Both the position numbers and the translations under genes were made by a program. Shown here one piece after another: positions 55,715 through 64,000 of a DNA stretch of 64,000 bases. Positions within the stretch are counted from its first letter, which is position 1. The number at the start of each line of letters is the position of its first letter. The DNA comes from Candidatus Zhuqueibacterota bacterium (lineage in GTDB: Bacteria > Zhuqueibacterota > Zhuqueibacteria > Oceanimicrobiales > Oceanimicrobiaceae). The notes beneath the pieces were generated by a model. It was not told where the DNA came from and searched no databases. It saw only the letters and a program-made list of their open reading frames with translations. Location: assembly GCA_029261995.1 (NCBI GenBank), contig JAJDAF010000061.1, positions 90,219 through 154,218 on the forward strand, given 5' to 3'.

Positions 55715-57277
55715 CTAGCTTGTCCACAGAAGAAAATAGCGTTCTTTGAGTTGCTTCACGCCACCTGCTGACCACGCGGAAAGGATGAACAAAGTGGCGA
55801 CGTAGAGTGTCGCGGCTGCGGCGATATTCAAATAGAAGTTCTGCTCTTGCATGGTGAAAAGATACAAGGCAATGCAGGCTGCGGGAATGACAGGCTTCCA
55901 GAGCAAACGTCGCAGTGCCAGGGTCTTGAACATGTGAGCAACCGGAACGTAGTGTTGAACGAAATCGACAAATCGTACCGTCAGCAAAGTAACCGCGCTA
56001 CCAATTAGTCCAAATTGACCAATCAAGATTGGGCCAACTATCGCAGTTGTCAGGACATCGAAAAACAGGATTCGTAGCGTAGCTTTTTCCCTCAGGCTGG
56101 CCACCAGAGTCAGACCAAAGGCTTTGGCGAGCGACCTAAAAATTAATCCCCACACCACTATTCGCAAGACTTCCGCCGCCCTTGAAAAATCACGATCTCC
56201 ATAGAACAGGAGCAGAAGGGTTTCGGAGAAAAAATACAGCGCTACTGATGCCGGAAGGACAATGGCAAACACAAACTCCGTCAAACGCTCCAGAATTCTT
56301 TGAAGCTTCTTCGAATTCTTCTTGAAACTTCTACACATTACAGGGTAAACGCCAACCCCGATGCTTTCAAACACCAACGCCACCGGAATCAGCAATTGGG
56401 CAGCCGCACTGTAGAGGCCGACTTCCACCTCACTTGTGAACCTCGATAAAAGCACTATGTTCAAACTGGTAAGGACTGCATTCAGACCATTGATTCCCAA
56501 AAAAGTCACTGTAGACTTTGCCATCTCCAGGCAAAAGCGTGGATCCAGCCTGTGCTCCACCCCCTTCAATTGTCTGACAAGAAGCCCCCATTTGACAACC
56601 AGACCAAGAGAGAAACAGAACAGGAATACGATGATGAGCTGGTTCAATCCGTAGCCCTGAGACAGTATCCAGAAGGCGGCTGCAATCTTAGTTAGGTTGA
56701 CGATCACGTTGGATATGGTGATGTAGTGCATTTGTTCCCGGGCTTGGAACAGAGCATCACAGATAAGAGACAGGGAGTATGGGATCAATCCCAGAGAAAG
56801 GAACACAATCAGATGAGCGGTATCGGGCGTATAGTCCATCCCCACTGTGAACAATTTCAGGGCTGCTATGGCTGCCAATGAAGACAGCAGTACAATGATA
56901 CTAGCGTTGACGAAATACCGGCCGGCATTTTCGCTGTTTCGAGCCACTTCCCGCGTCACAAGAGCTTTCAAACCCGCTACAGCCAATAGCTGGAAGGTTC
57001 GGAATAGAGTGAGACCGAGGGCCAACTGGCCAAACTCAAATGCTCCAAGGAACCTGGCAACCAGGGCGTATACCACAAAATTCGCTATTCTGGTAGTTGC
57101 GTCGCTGGCAAGAATAGACAATGCATTGGTTGCTATTCTACGCAGTCCAGTTTGTTGTGGCTGGCTTGGCCTGGGCTCACGGACATGAGACTCCATCGTG
57201 GACTGGCGGAAGCTGGAACTATCTGCGCTCATCAACAGTCCTTTGCACCGCACTCTCTTGCAAAACCAAAATCTCAT
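55715..57277 (-). CDS. Polysaccharide flippase (Wzx-like, MOP superfamily)
   Basis: About 500-520 aa polytopic membrane ORF with more than 10 predicted TM segments; start uncertain (57277, 57232 or 57196). Confidence 0.7.
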   Translation of the reverse strand: MRFWFCKRVRCKGLLMSADSSSFRQSTMESHVREPRPSQPQQTGLRRIATNALSILASDATTRIANFVVYALVARFLGAFEFGQLALGLTLFRTFQLLAVAGLKALVTREVARNSENAGRYFVNASIIVLLSSLAAIAALKLFTVGMDYTPDTAHLIVFLSLGLIPYSLSLICDALFQAREQMHYITISNVIVNLTKIAAAFWILSQGYGLNQLIIVFLFCFSLGLVVKWGLLVRQLKGVEHRLDPRFCLEMAKSTVTFLGINGLNAVLTSLNIVLLSRFTSEVEVGLYSAAAQLLIPVALVFESIGVGVYPVMCRSFKKNSKKLQRILERLTEFVFAIVLPASVALYFFSETLLLLFYGDRDFSRAAEVLRIVVWGLIFRSLAKAFGLTLVASLREKATLRILFFDVLTTAIVGPILIGQFGLIGSAVTLLTVRFVDFVQHYVPVAHMFKTLALRRLLWKPVIPAACIALYLFTMQEQNFYLNIAAAATLYVATLFILSAWSAGGVKQLKERYFLLWTS

Positions 57278-58730
57278 CTTTCTTCATATAATATGTGGCA
57301 GTTACGAGGGCGGACAGGAGCCACAACATCTGTGTCAGTGGTCGGTTTTGGAAGGTGTCAAACTGCAGATGGACCATGTGGCCTGTAATCGCGGCGGTTA
57401 TGCCAAGGGCGACTGGCGAAAGAAGCGGGTCTTGAGATTTCCAGCACCGCCAGCCTCGCCGAAGGGTCGCGAACAAGAAAGCGAGGAACGCCAACAATCC
57501 CAACAGGCCCGTCTCTGCCCACACCAGGAGATACTTATTGTGAACGGTATAAAGCCATTCTCCCGCTAAGTCTACACTCAGATATTCTCTCATGACCATG
57601 GAGAAATTGTTTACCCCAACACCGAGCAGCATGTTGTCCTTGATAACCTCAAACGCCAGCATCATCAACGGAATGCGGGCAAATGCAGCTCCGCCATCAT
57701 CTCCGAGAAGTCTGGACAAAATGGCATCTCTCCCTATGACCGCAGTCATTATCATCACACCGGTAACGGCCACGAGAACCCGGGGAGTCAGCCAGCCACT
57801 TTTCCACGCTACGAGCATCAGTATCGCGATGGATACGGCATAAGCTGCCCATGCTCCTCTGGAAAATGTCAGGAGCAAGGCAACGGAGCCCAAAGCCAGC
57901 GCGCAAAGCGCCAATCTCCGGTAGACAGGTTTGTTGGCTCGAGCTATCACTAGTCCGAGAGCCATTGGCGCAAGTACGCTCAGATAGGCGCCGGCAGAAT
58001 TCGGCCCTCCAACCGTCCCGCCGACACGGAAACCATTGTCAATCCGAGCCAATACACCGCCGAGTTTGATACTGTGTCCAATGCCGCGAAGAGCGACCAT
58101 GAGCAAGCTTTCCCCAATGACACCGAGCAAAAGTATCGAGGTAATAAGGAGCACATCCCTCCTGCTGCGAACATTGCCGAGAATATAGACATACAGCAGA
58201 AACATCTGTAGGAGCAAAAATATCTTGTAGGACCACAGTTGAACATCGTGTGCCCCCAACATTGAACAGCAACAGACGAGCATGTAAACTGCTATGGGTA
58301 GGACGCCTCGACAGCGAGGTGAGCGCACTTGCTCGCCGGTTCTGGTCAGGATTTCAACAAACCATAGGCCGTACAGAAGAGCAAGCGCGACAGTCGTCGC
58401 TGAAACATTCCAGCCCGCAAGCGCACCATACGCGGCGATGTCCTCACGAAATCCAATATTTATATCCAACTGAAAAGGGATGTCCAGCAGGATCACCGCC
58501 AGCAGCAGGTTGCGGACATTTCCGACTATCATGCTCACGAATGGCACGAGCCCCGCCAGCAACACGAGAAAGGCCCAGCGCGACGGTAGGGCCATTGTTT
58601 TGACAAAAAAGAGGCCCAGTGCAACGCCGGCCAAGGCGAAGGCAAGGATCTGGAAAGTGTTGGCTCGTTCCAGAGTCGCGATGAATTTATCTCGCAAACC
58701 CTGGCGGTGTGAAATACCGAAGTCGTGCAA
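57219..58730 (-). CDS. O-antigen ligase / polymerase-like membrane protein (Wzy_C domain)
   Basis: 503-aa polytopic ORF with the Wzy_C signature region (LLLTFSRGAWAAY) and a large periplasmic loop. Confidence 0.7.
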   Translation of the reverse strand: MHDFGISHRQGLRDKFIATLERANTFQILAFALAGVALGLFFVKTMALPSRWAFLVLLAGLVPFVSMIVGNVRNLLLAVILLDIPFQLDINIGFREDIAAYGALAGWNVSATTVALALLYGLWFVEILTRTGEQVRSPRCRGVLPIAVYMLVCCCSMLGAHDVQLWSYKIFLLLQMFLLYVYILGNVRSRRDVLLITSILLLGVIGESLLMVALRGIGHSIKLGGVLARIDNGFRVGGTVGGPNSAGAYLSVLAPMALGLVIARANKPVYRRLALCALALGSVALLLTFSRGAWAAYAVSIAILMLVAWKSGWLTPRVLVAVTGVMIMTAVIGRDAILSRLLGDDGGAAFARIPLMMLAFEVIKDNMLLGVGVNNFSMVMREYLSVDLAGEWLYTVHNKYLLVWAETGLLGLLAFLAFLFATLRRGWRCWKSQDPLLSPVALGITAAITGHMVHLQFDTFQNRPLTQMLWLLSALVTATYYMKKDEILVLQESAVQRTVDERR

Positions 58731-58752
58731 TATTTTGCTCAGTTTTCGAAGT

Positions 58753-59895
58753 TTATACCACAGCTTCCAGCAGAGGCGTCGTCATGAATTCACCAACAGC
58801 GTCTGTGACGCAGTCGATTGCATCATCGGACAATTCCGCGTACATTGGGAGTGATAGCAACTCTTCACATTGGCGCTCGGTTGTCGGAAGATCCCCCATC
58901 GTATGCCCGAGGTGACGGTATGCCGGCTGCAGGTGAATGGGAACCGGATAGTGAATGCCGGTCGAGATCCCCATCTCCTGCAAGTGCTTCTGCAACTGAG
59001 ACCGGTTTGCCACGCGGATGACGAACAGATGATAGACAGACTTGGCATAGTCAGCTTCAACCGGCAGAACGACGGGTGCGTTGGCCAGGTTTTCAATGTA
59101 TCGGGTGGCATGCCTGCGGCGGGCCTGGTTCCATTCATCGAGGTAAGGCAGCTTCTTCCTCAGCACCGCTGCCTGGATCCCGTCGAGCCTTCGGTTCAAT
59201 CCCAGTATCTCATGATGATATTTCTCTTTTTGACCATAATCGCGCAGCAATCGAATTCTGTCGGCCAGATGCGCGTCATCAGTGACAATCATTCCGCCGT
59301 CGCCGTAGGCGCCAAGATTCTTGGCGGGATAGAAACTGAATGCCGCAGCATTTGCCAGAGAACCTGCTCGCCGGCCATTGTAGGTTGCGCCGTGAGCCTG
59401 ACAGGCATCTTCAAAGACAAGAAGATTATGCCGGTCTGCGATTGCCAGAATGGCGTCCATATCGACTGGCTGGCCGTAAAGGTGCACCGGCATTATGGCT
59501 TTGGTCGCCGGTCTGACGGCCTTTTCAATTGAAGCAATATCAATAGCGTAGGTGTCCGGGTGACTGTCAACCAAAACGGGTGTGGCTCCGGTGCTCGAAA
59601 TAGCCAGGGTCGTCGCAATGAAGGTGTTGGCAGCGGTGATAACTTCATCGCCCGGTCCAATGCCATGTCCTCGCAAAATGAGCTCCAGTGCAGATGTTCC
59701 CGAATCTACTCCGATGGCATGCGGCGCCTGACAGTACTCGGCATATTCTTCTTCAAAACAACGCACTTCATCGCCCAGAATGAAACTAGAGTTTGACACG
59801 ACCTGCTCGATCGCTGGCATCACTTCTTCGCGAATGCTCTGATACTGGGCAGCTAAATCCACAAAGGGTATTTTCATAGTAAACCATCCTCTCAT
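58753..59895 (-). CDS. DegT/DnrJ/EryC1/StrS family PLP-dependent sugar aminotransferase
   Basis: 380-aa ORF (probable start M7 at 59877); IPFVDL N-terminus, GDEV, and PLP-lysine region typical of nucleotide-sugar aminotransferases. Confidence 0.85.
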   Translation of the reverse strand: MRGWFTMKIPFVDLAAQYQSIREEVMPAIEQVVSNSSFILGDEVRCFEEEYAEYCQAPHAIGVDSGTSALELILRGHGIGPGDEVITAANTFIATTLAISSTGATPVLVDSHPDTYAIDIASIEKAVRPATKAIMPVHLYGQPVDMDAILAIADRHNLLVFEDACQAHGATYNGRRAGSLANAAAFSFYPAKNLGAYGDGGMIVTDDAHLADRIRLLRDYGQKEKYHHEILGLNRRLDGIQAAVLRKKLPYLDEWNQARRRHATRYIENLANAPVVLPVEADYAKSVYHLFVIRVANRSQLQKHLQEMGISTGIHYPVPIHLQPAYRHLGHTMGDLPTTERQCEELLSLPMYAELSDDAIDCVTDAVGEFMTTPLLEAVV

Positions 59896-59906
59896 TCAAT
59901 GTATCA

Positions 59907-60914
59907 TCAAACCTGAACGTAGCCGCCCTGCTCATGCAGCGAGGTGCTGGCGGCAGAAAGCACTTTGATAACATCCAGACCATTCTTGCCGTCCGTTTTG
60001 GGTTGCTCGCCGCTGACAACACTGTCGAGAAAATGCTGACACTCCAGCTTAAGCGGCTCGCTCTGTTCAAGCCACGGACAGGAGGTGTCACCGTACCTGA
60101 AACTGAACTGGAATTCGCCGAAGGAATCCGTGTACCTTGGAGCTTCAATCCTTTTGTCGTATATCTTAATTTTCTCCAATGGCTCCATGTCATCATAAAT
60201 TGCCATCTTCTTCTCACCGACAACCGTCATCAGCCTTGTCTTGTTGGGATTGAGCCAGCTGACATGGATGGTTGCCATGCGCCGGTGCTCGAAATGCAGG
60301 GTCAGCGAGCAGACATCGTGGACTTTGCTGTTAAGGTAGGCGAGTCCCTGGCAATTGACGCCGACAGGCGTCTCACTAATGAGCTCAAGAATAATGTAAA
60401 TGTCGTGCGGGGCCAAGTCCCAGAGGGCATTTACGTCCTGTCTGATAGGCCCCAGGTTGAGACGGCTCGAGCTTATGTAGCACAGATTCCCAAGCTCACC
60501 TGTTGATACAAGGTCTTTCAGTTTATTGACAGCCGCATTGTAGAGGAACAAATGGCCGACAAACAGTATCACGCCGTTTTTCTCTGCAAGGTCAATCAAT
60601 TCCTGACCCTGGTTTGCAGAAGTCGCCAGCGGTTTCTCAACGAAAGTGTGTAAACCCCGTTCCAGGGCCTGCTTGGCGAGAGCGTAATGCGTCTTTGTCG
60701 GAGTGGAGATCACGGCCGCATCAATGAGTTCTGGATTTAGCAGCTCGTTGACGTCTTCCGTCAAGAACGTGTCTGGCAGCAGTTCGCGTGCATGATTCAA
60801 GCGCCGGCTACTCAGGTCACAAACTGCTGCGACTTGCGACTCGGGCAAATTCTGGAAGTTGCGTATCAGATTGGGTCCCCAATAACCTGAACCTATGATA
60901 CCAATTCTGGTCAT
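59907..60914 (-). CDS. Gfo/Idh/MocA family NAD-dependent sugar oxidoreductase
   Basis: 335-aa ORF; N-terminal Rossmann motif IGIIGSGYWG and overall similarity pattern to nucleotide-sugar 3-dehydrogenases (WbpB-like). Confidence 0.8.
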   Translation of the reverse strand: MTRIGIIGSGYWGPNLIRNFQNLPESQVAAVCDLSSRRLNHARELLPDTFLTEDVNELLNPELIDAAVISTPTKTHYALAKQALERGLHTFVEKPLATSANQGQELIDLAEKNGVILFVGHLFLYNAAVNKLKDLVSTGELGNLCYISSSRLNLGPIRQDVNALWDLAPHDIYIILELISETPVGVNCQGLAYLNSKVHDVCSLTLHFEHRRMATIHVSWLNPNKTRLMTVVGEKKMAIYDDMEPLEKIKIYDKRIEAPRYTDSFGEFQFSFRYGDTSCPWLEQSEPLKLECQHFLDSVVSGEQPKTDGKNGLDVIKVLSAASTSLHEQGGYVQV

Positions 60915-60956
60915 TCTTCATCTCCTGTTTCAGATTGTGCATGGTTATGTTGCTGT

Positions 60957-61625
60957 TTAGCTAGGCTCGTCACGCATCTGCTCCACTATTGTTGGCAAAG
61001 TGCCCAAAATGATCCTTAGATCCAGTCGGGCAGACATGGTTCTGCAGTACCGAATGTCATAGCGGATCATCTCATTGAAGGTCGTCCTGTTTTTGCCGTT
61101 GACCTGCCAAAGCCCGGTGATACCAGGAACCGCTTCAAATCTGGCGTAGTGCCAGGGCTGGTACACCTCTACTGCATAAGGCAACTCCGGGCGCGGGCCA
61201 ACCAGACTCATGTTACCCATCAGAACGTTTAGCAATTGCGGCAATTCATCAATCCCGCTCTTACGCAGGATTTCGCCGCCTGGAATAAGTTGGGACCTGT
61301 TGTCCACTTTCTCAAGATTCAGATCTCCATGGATCTCCGCGCGAACTTGGGACAGATGGTTCGAAGTATCAGCGTCAAGTTTCATGGTGCGAAATTTCAG
61401 CATCATGAAACTCCTGCCGAGCAGACCGACTCGCTCCTGCCGGAAGAACGCAGGGCCGGGAGAAACGACCTTGATTAACACGATTAGTAAGACAAAGACA
61501 GGCGAGAGTAGGATCAGACCAAGGGAGGCAGATAGCAAATCCACGCCTCTCTTCCAGGCTGGGATTCGATTGGGTTCAAAGTACCCCCTCAAATCCATTT
61601 GAAGTGTCGAACTGCGGTTTTGCAC
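60957..61625 (-). CDS. Undecaprenyl-phosphate sugar phosphotransferase (bacterial sugar transferase, PglC/WbaP-like)
   Basis: 222-aa ORF; one TM segment then conserved blocks FRQERVG, KFRTM, GPRPE, PGITGLWQV. Confidence 0.85.
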   Translation of the reverse strand: MQNRSSTLQMDLRGYFEPNRIPAWKRGVDLLSASLGLILLSPVFVLLIVLIKVVSPGPAFFRQERVGLLGRSFMMLKFRTMKLDADTSNHLSQVRAEIHGDLNLEKVDNRSQLIPGGEILRKSGIDELPQLLNVLMGNMSLVGPRPELPYAVEVYQPWHYARFEAVPGITGLWQVNGKNRTTFNEMIRYDIRYCRTMSARLDLRIILGTLPTIVEQMRDEPS

Positions 61626-61947
61626 TGGAACCTACGCTGGTGAGTTCTGCACTGTTGCTATTCAAGTAGTCCAGCAATGGTCAAGTAGGATTTGATCAAC
61701 TCAAATCCAATGCGGTCAAGAAACTGTTCTGTTGAGATCAGACGTTGAGGTCGCCAAGCGGAGAGTGTGAGCCAACACTTGATTATGGCTTGGCATTCGT
61801 CATCTGGTCATATTAATCATGCTTACAGAGCGTTAATATTGCGGAAAAAAATGAATTTATTCTCTTTAAACCATAGTTTCACAAAGTCGGAGAAGCAGAA
61901 TACCGGGATGCGCTTACTTGGGCTATCCAGAAGGATTCAGTCATGAA

Positions 61948-64000
61948 CTAGCTATAGTAACCGTAGAGTTCGCTGCTCTTGCTCAAGAGCCGGAGATCGA
62001 CTCCATTGAGCACTGCCCCGATAACATCAACATTTGCATCATCCAGGATTTGGCGTGCCTTCAGAACCAGGTTTTGGTGATTCTTCCCAGGTTCAATGAC
62101 CAGCAGGACGCCGTCGGCAACTGAACAAAGCACCATTGACTCCGGCGCCTGGAGTAAGGGCGGGCTATCGATCAGTATCAGATCGAAGGTTCCTCGAAGT
62201 TCTTCAAGGAGCCACCCCATCAGCCGCGGCGAAATCACCTCGCCAGATTCTTCGTGCGATTTCCCGCTGGGCAGCACTTTCAAATTATCCGTGTCAGTCG
62301 ACTGAATGCCCTCCACAAGCTGCTGAACCGTCAAAGACATCACAGAGTTGCTCAGGTCTAAGTCATGTTCGCCGTTCTTGTGCGACGAAAAATAGCGCAT
62401 CATATCAAAACGGCTAATTAACACATCACTGAGTCCAGGTTCATTGGCAGCATCCAGCAGTTTGTGTAGCGTGGGCCTTCTCAGGTCTGCGTCAATGGCA
62501 AGGACCCTCATGCCGGATTTCGCGAACAGCCTAGCGATGTTCACGATTGTGGTCGATTTGCCTTCCTGCGCGCAAACACTGGTAACCAGGATGGTATCTA
62601 GTTTTCTATTCTCACGAAGGAGACTTATGTTGGTTCGCAGAGCGCGGTAGGCGTCTCCCGGTCCGATTTTCGGTCGTCTCGAGAAAAGGCGGTGTGAAGA
62701 GCTTTGCCTGGCTGCTGAGTGACCGTTCGTGCTTCCCCCAGTGAGCATTTCGCCATTAATTGAAGTCTGCGCCCGGGGAATGCTTGCTAGAACTCGCCAG
62801 TTGGTCAACGCCTCAACCTCCTCAGGTCGCCTGAAAACAGGGTTTAGGTATTCAAGGAAGAGAACCAGTCCTGTGCCGGCGACGAGAGCCAAAATGAAGC
62901 CGATGAACAAATTAAGCGTCTTACGAGGGGCTACCGGCTTCTCCGGCAATTGCGCGCTGTCTATAATCCTTACACTGGCGCTTTTTTCGGCCTCCGCAAT
63001 CTTGGCTTCTTCATATCTCTCCATCAACCTGAGATAGACCTTCTCATTGATAGACTTGCTTCTCAAGAGATTCACCAGGCCCAGTTCCTTTGCCGGCAGA
63101 GTTCTCAACGCTGCCTCATACCTCTCCAAAGTCCCGCGCAGGTCTTGCTCCTTCGCCTTTAGCGACTCAAGCTCAATTTCCAGGGAAAGAGACTCTCGTA
63201 GGTACGAATGGATTTGCGATAAGGGATCGACTCCGAGATCATCAACGGCGAGTTTAGATGCCGCTTCTCTCAGGTTCTTCTTGATTTGTGCGATTTCATT
63301 GTTCAACGCCACCATCTTGGGATGTCGAGGCGCGTAGTCCCGAACCAGCAGAGTTGCGTGTTGAGTCTGCAGCGTGACGAGCCTGTCCTGCAGTTTTTCC
63401 AGAGACGAACTCGTAACCTCAGCAATCCTGGGAACGAGTTCTTGCTGTTGTTCACTTAATTTCTTGCGGACGGTGGCTGCTCTCTGCTCGGAAGCCTTGC
63501 GTTCGGCTTTGACCTGATTGTAAATGACCTCCACGCCAGTGATGCGCGTCAGGATTTCTCTCGACTCCTGTTCGAGCGAGGTGATATTGCCCTCCTGCTT
63601 CAGATCCTTGAGTTTCTCCTCTGCGACATCTAGTTGTCTCTTAAATATCTGCAGTTGCCCTTCGATGAATTCCCTTAGTCCCGCTACTTCACGCTTCTTT
63701 ATCCTAAGATTTCTGTCTCTGAGGGTTGTGGCTGTTGTATTAGCCAAGTGTTGGCTGAGATGGGGATCATGAGTCCGGGCCGTTATCAGAATGACATCGG
63801 TGTTTCCTTTCGGTGCGGCGGAGATTGCCTTCTGGATTTGTTTGGCGATGAACTTTTTTTTCTCAAAACCAGGGGGTCGTTCGTCCGGTAGGACGAAGCG
63901 TTCCACAAGCGTGGATGTGAGGACTGCGGCGACCTCTTCTGCCAGGGAGCGGCTGGTAATTTCCTCGATCCGGTTAAGAATGTAAGTCTCCCTGTGTCGG
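61948..64000 (-). CDS. Polysaccharide chain-length determinant / tyrosine autokinase (Wzc/BY-kinase family), 5'-truncated by the window end
   Basis: Open frame continues past position 64000 without a stop; coiled-coil Wzz-like region, C-terminal kinase domain with Walker A (EGKSTTIVN) and Walker-A-prime (VLAIDADLRRP), and a tyrosine-rich tail (YGYYS). Confidence 0.8.
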   Translation of the reverse strand, partial: RHRETYILNRIEEITSRSLAEEVAAVLTSTLVERFVLPDERPPGFEKKKFIAKQIQKAISAAPKGNTDVILITARTHDPHLSQHLANTTATTLRDRNLRIKKREVAGLREFIEGQLQIFKRQLDVAEEKLKDLKQEGNITSLEQESREILTRITGVEVIYNQVKAERKASEQRAATVRKKLSEQQQELVPRIAEVTSSSLEKLQDRLVTLQTQHATLLVRDYAPRHPKMVALNNEIAQIKKNLREAASKLAVDDLGVDPLSQIHSYLRESLSLEIELESLKAKEQDLRGTLERYEAALRTLPAKELGLVNLLRSKSINEKVYLRLMERYEEAKIAEAEKSASVRIIDSAQLPEKPVAPRKTLNLFIGFILALVAGTGLVLFLEYLNPVFRRPEEVEALTNWRVLASIPRAQTSINGEMLTGGSTNGHSAARQSSSHRLFSRRPKIGPGDAYRALRTNISLLRENRKLDTILVTSVCAQEGKSTTIVNIARLFAKSGMRVLAIDADLRRPTLHKLLDAANEPGLSDVLISRFDMMRYFSSHKNGEHDLDLSNSVMSLTVQQLVEGIQSTDTDNLKVLPSGKSHEESGEVISPRLMGWLLEELRGTFDLILIDSPPLLQAPESMVLCSVADGVLLVIEPGKNHQNLVLKARQILDDANVDVIGAVLNGVDLRLLSKSSELYGYYS

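Noticed and set aside
61626-61947. Sigma-54 promoter or small gene in the 322-bp gap between the BY-kinase and sugar-transferase genes
   Set aside because: The minus-strand sequence shows no convincing GG-N10-GC element or strong -35/-10 pair and no ORF with a ribosome-binding site; it probably holds an internal promoter that cannot be pinpointed by eye.
1-64000. CRISPR arrays, rRNA genes, insertion sequences, prophage genes
   Set aside because: No regularly spaced direct repeats, no rRNA-like conserved stretches, and no transposase, integrase (other than xerD), capsid or terminase-like ORFs were seen.

Overview
The window reads as a bacterial chromosome segment (roughly mid-50s % GC by eye, not computed) with two distinct parts. 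Positions 1-40100 are mostly plus-strand housekeeping genes (site-2 protease, mltG, pcrA, uvrC, purL, hisS, radA, tgt, yajC, def, fmt, rsmB, rpe, csp, xerD), interspersed with an ECF sigma / anti-sigma / secreted VIT-VWA operon and a regulatory block made of a sigma-54-dependent response regulator, a FliA-like sigma factor, a GAF protein, a REC-PAS-HisKA protein and CsrA. Positions 40117-64000 are a tRNA-Pro followed by an almost gap-free minus-strand polysaccharide (EPS or O-antigen-like, Wzx/Wzy-type) locus that runs off the window end. The best candidate for an undescribed system is a translationally tight cassette inside that locus (44420-51245): two FemAB-like transferases, an ATP-grasp ligase, an HPr-kinase-like protein, a thymidylate-kinase-like P-loop protein, a SAM methyltransferase and a ParB/sulfiredoxin-motif protein, a combination that suggests aminoacyl, phospho and methyl decoration of a glycan or lipid-linked intermediate. 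No CRISPR array, rRNA, transposase or phage genes were seen. All calls rest on reading the supplied translations for motifs and on sequence patterns; no database search, GC calculation or folding was run.
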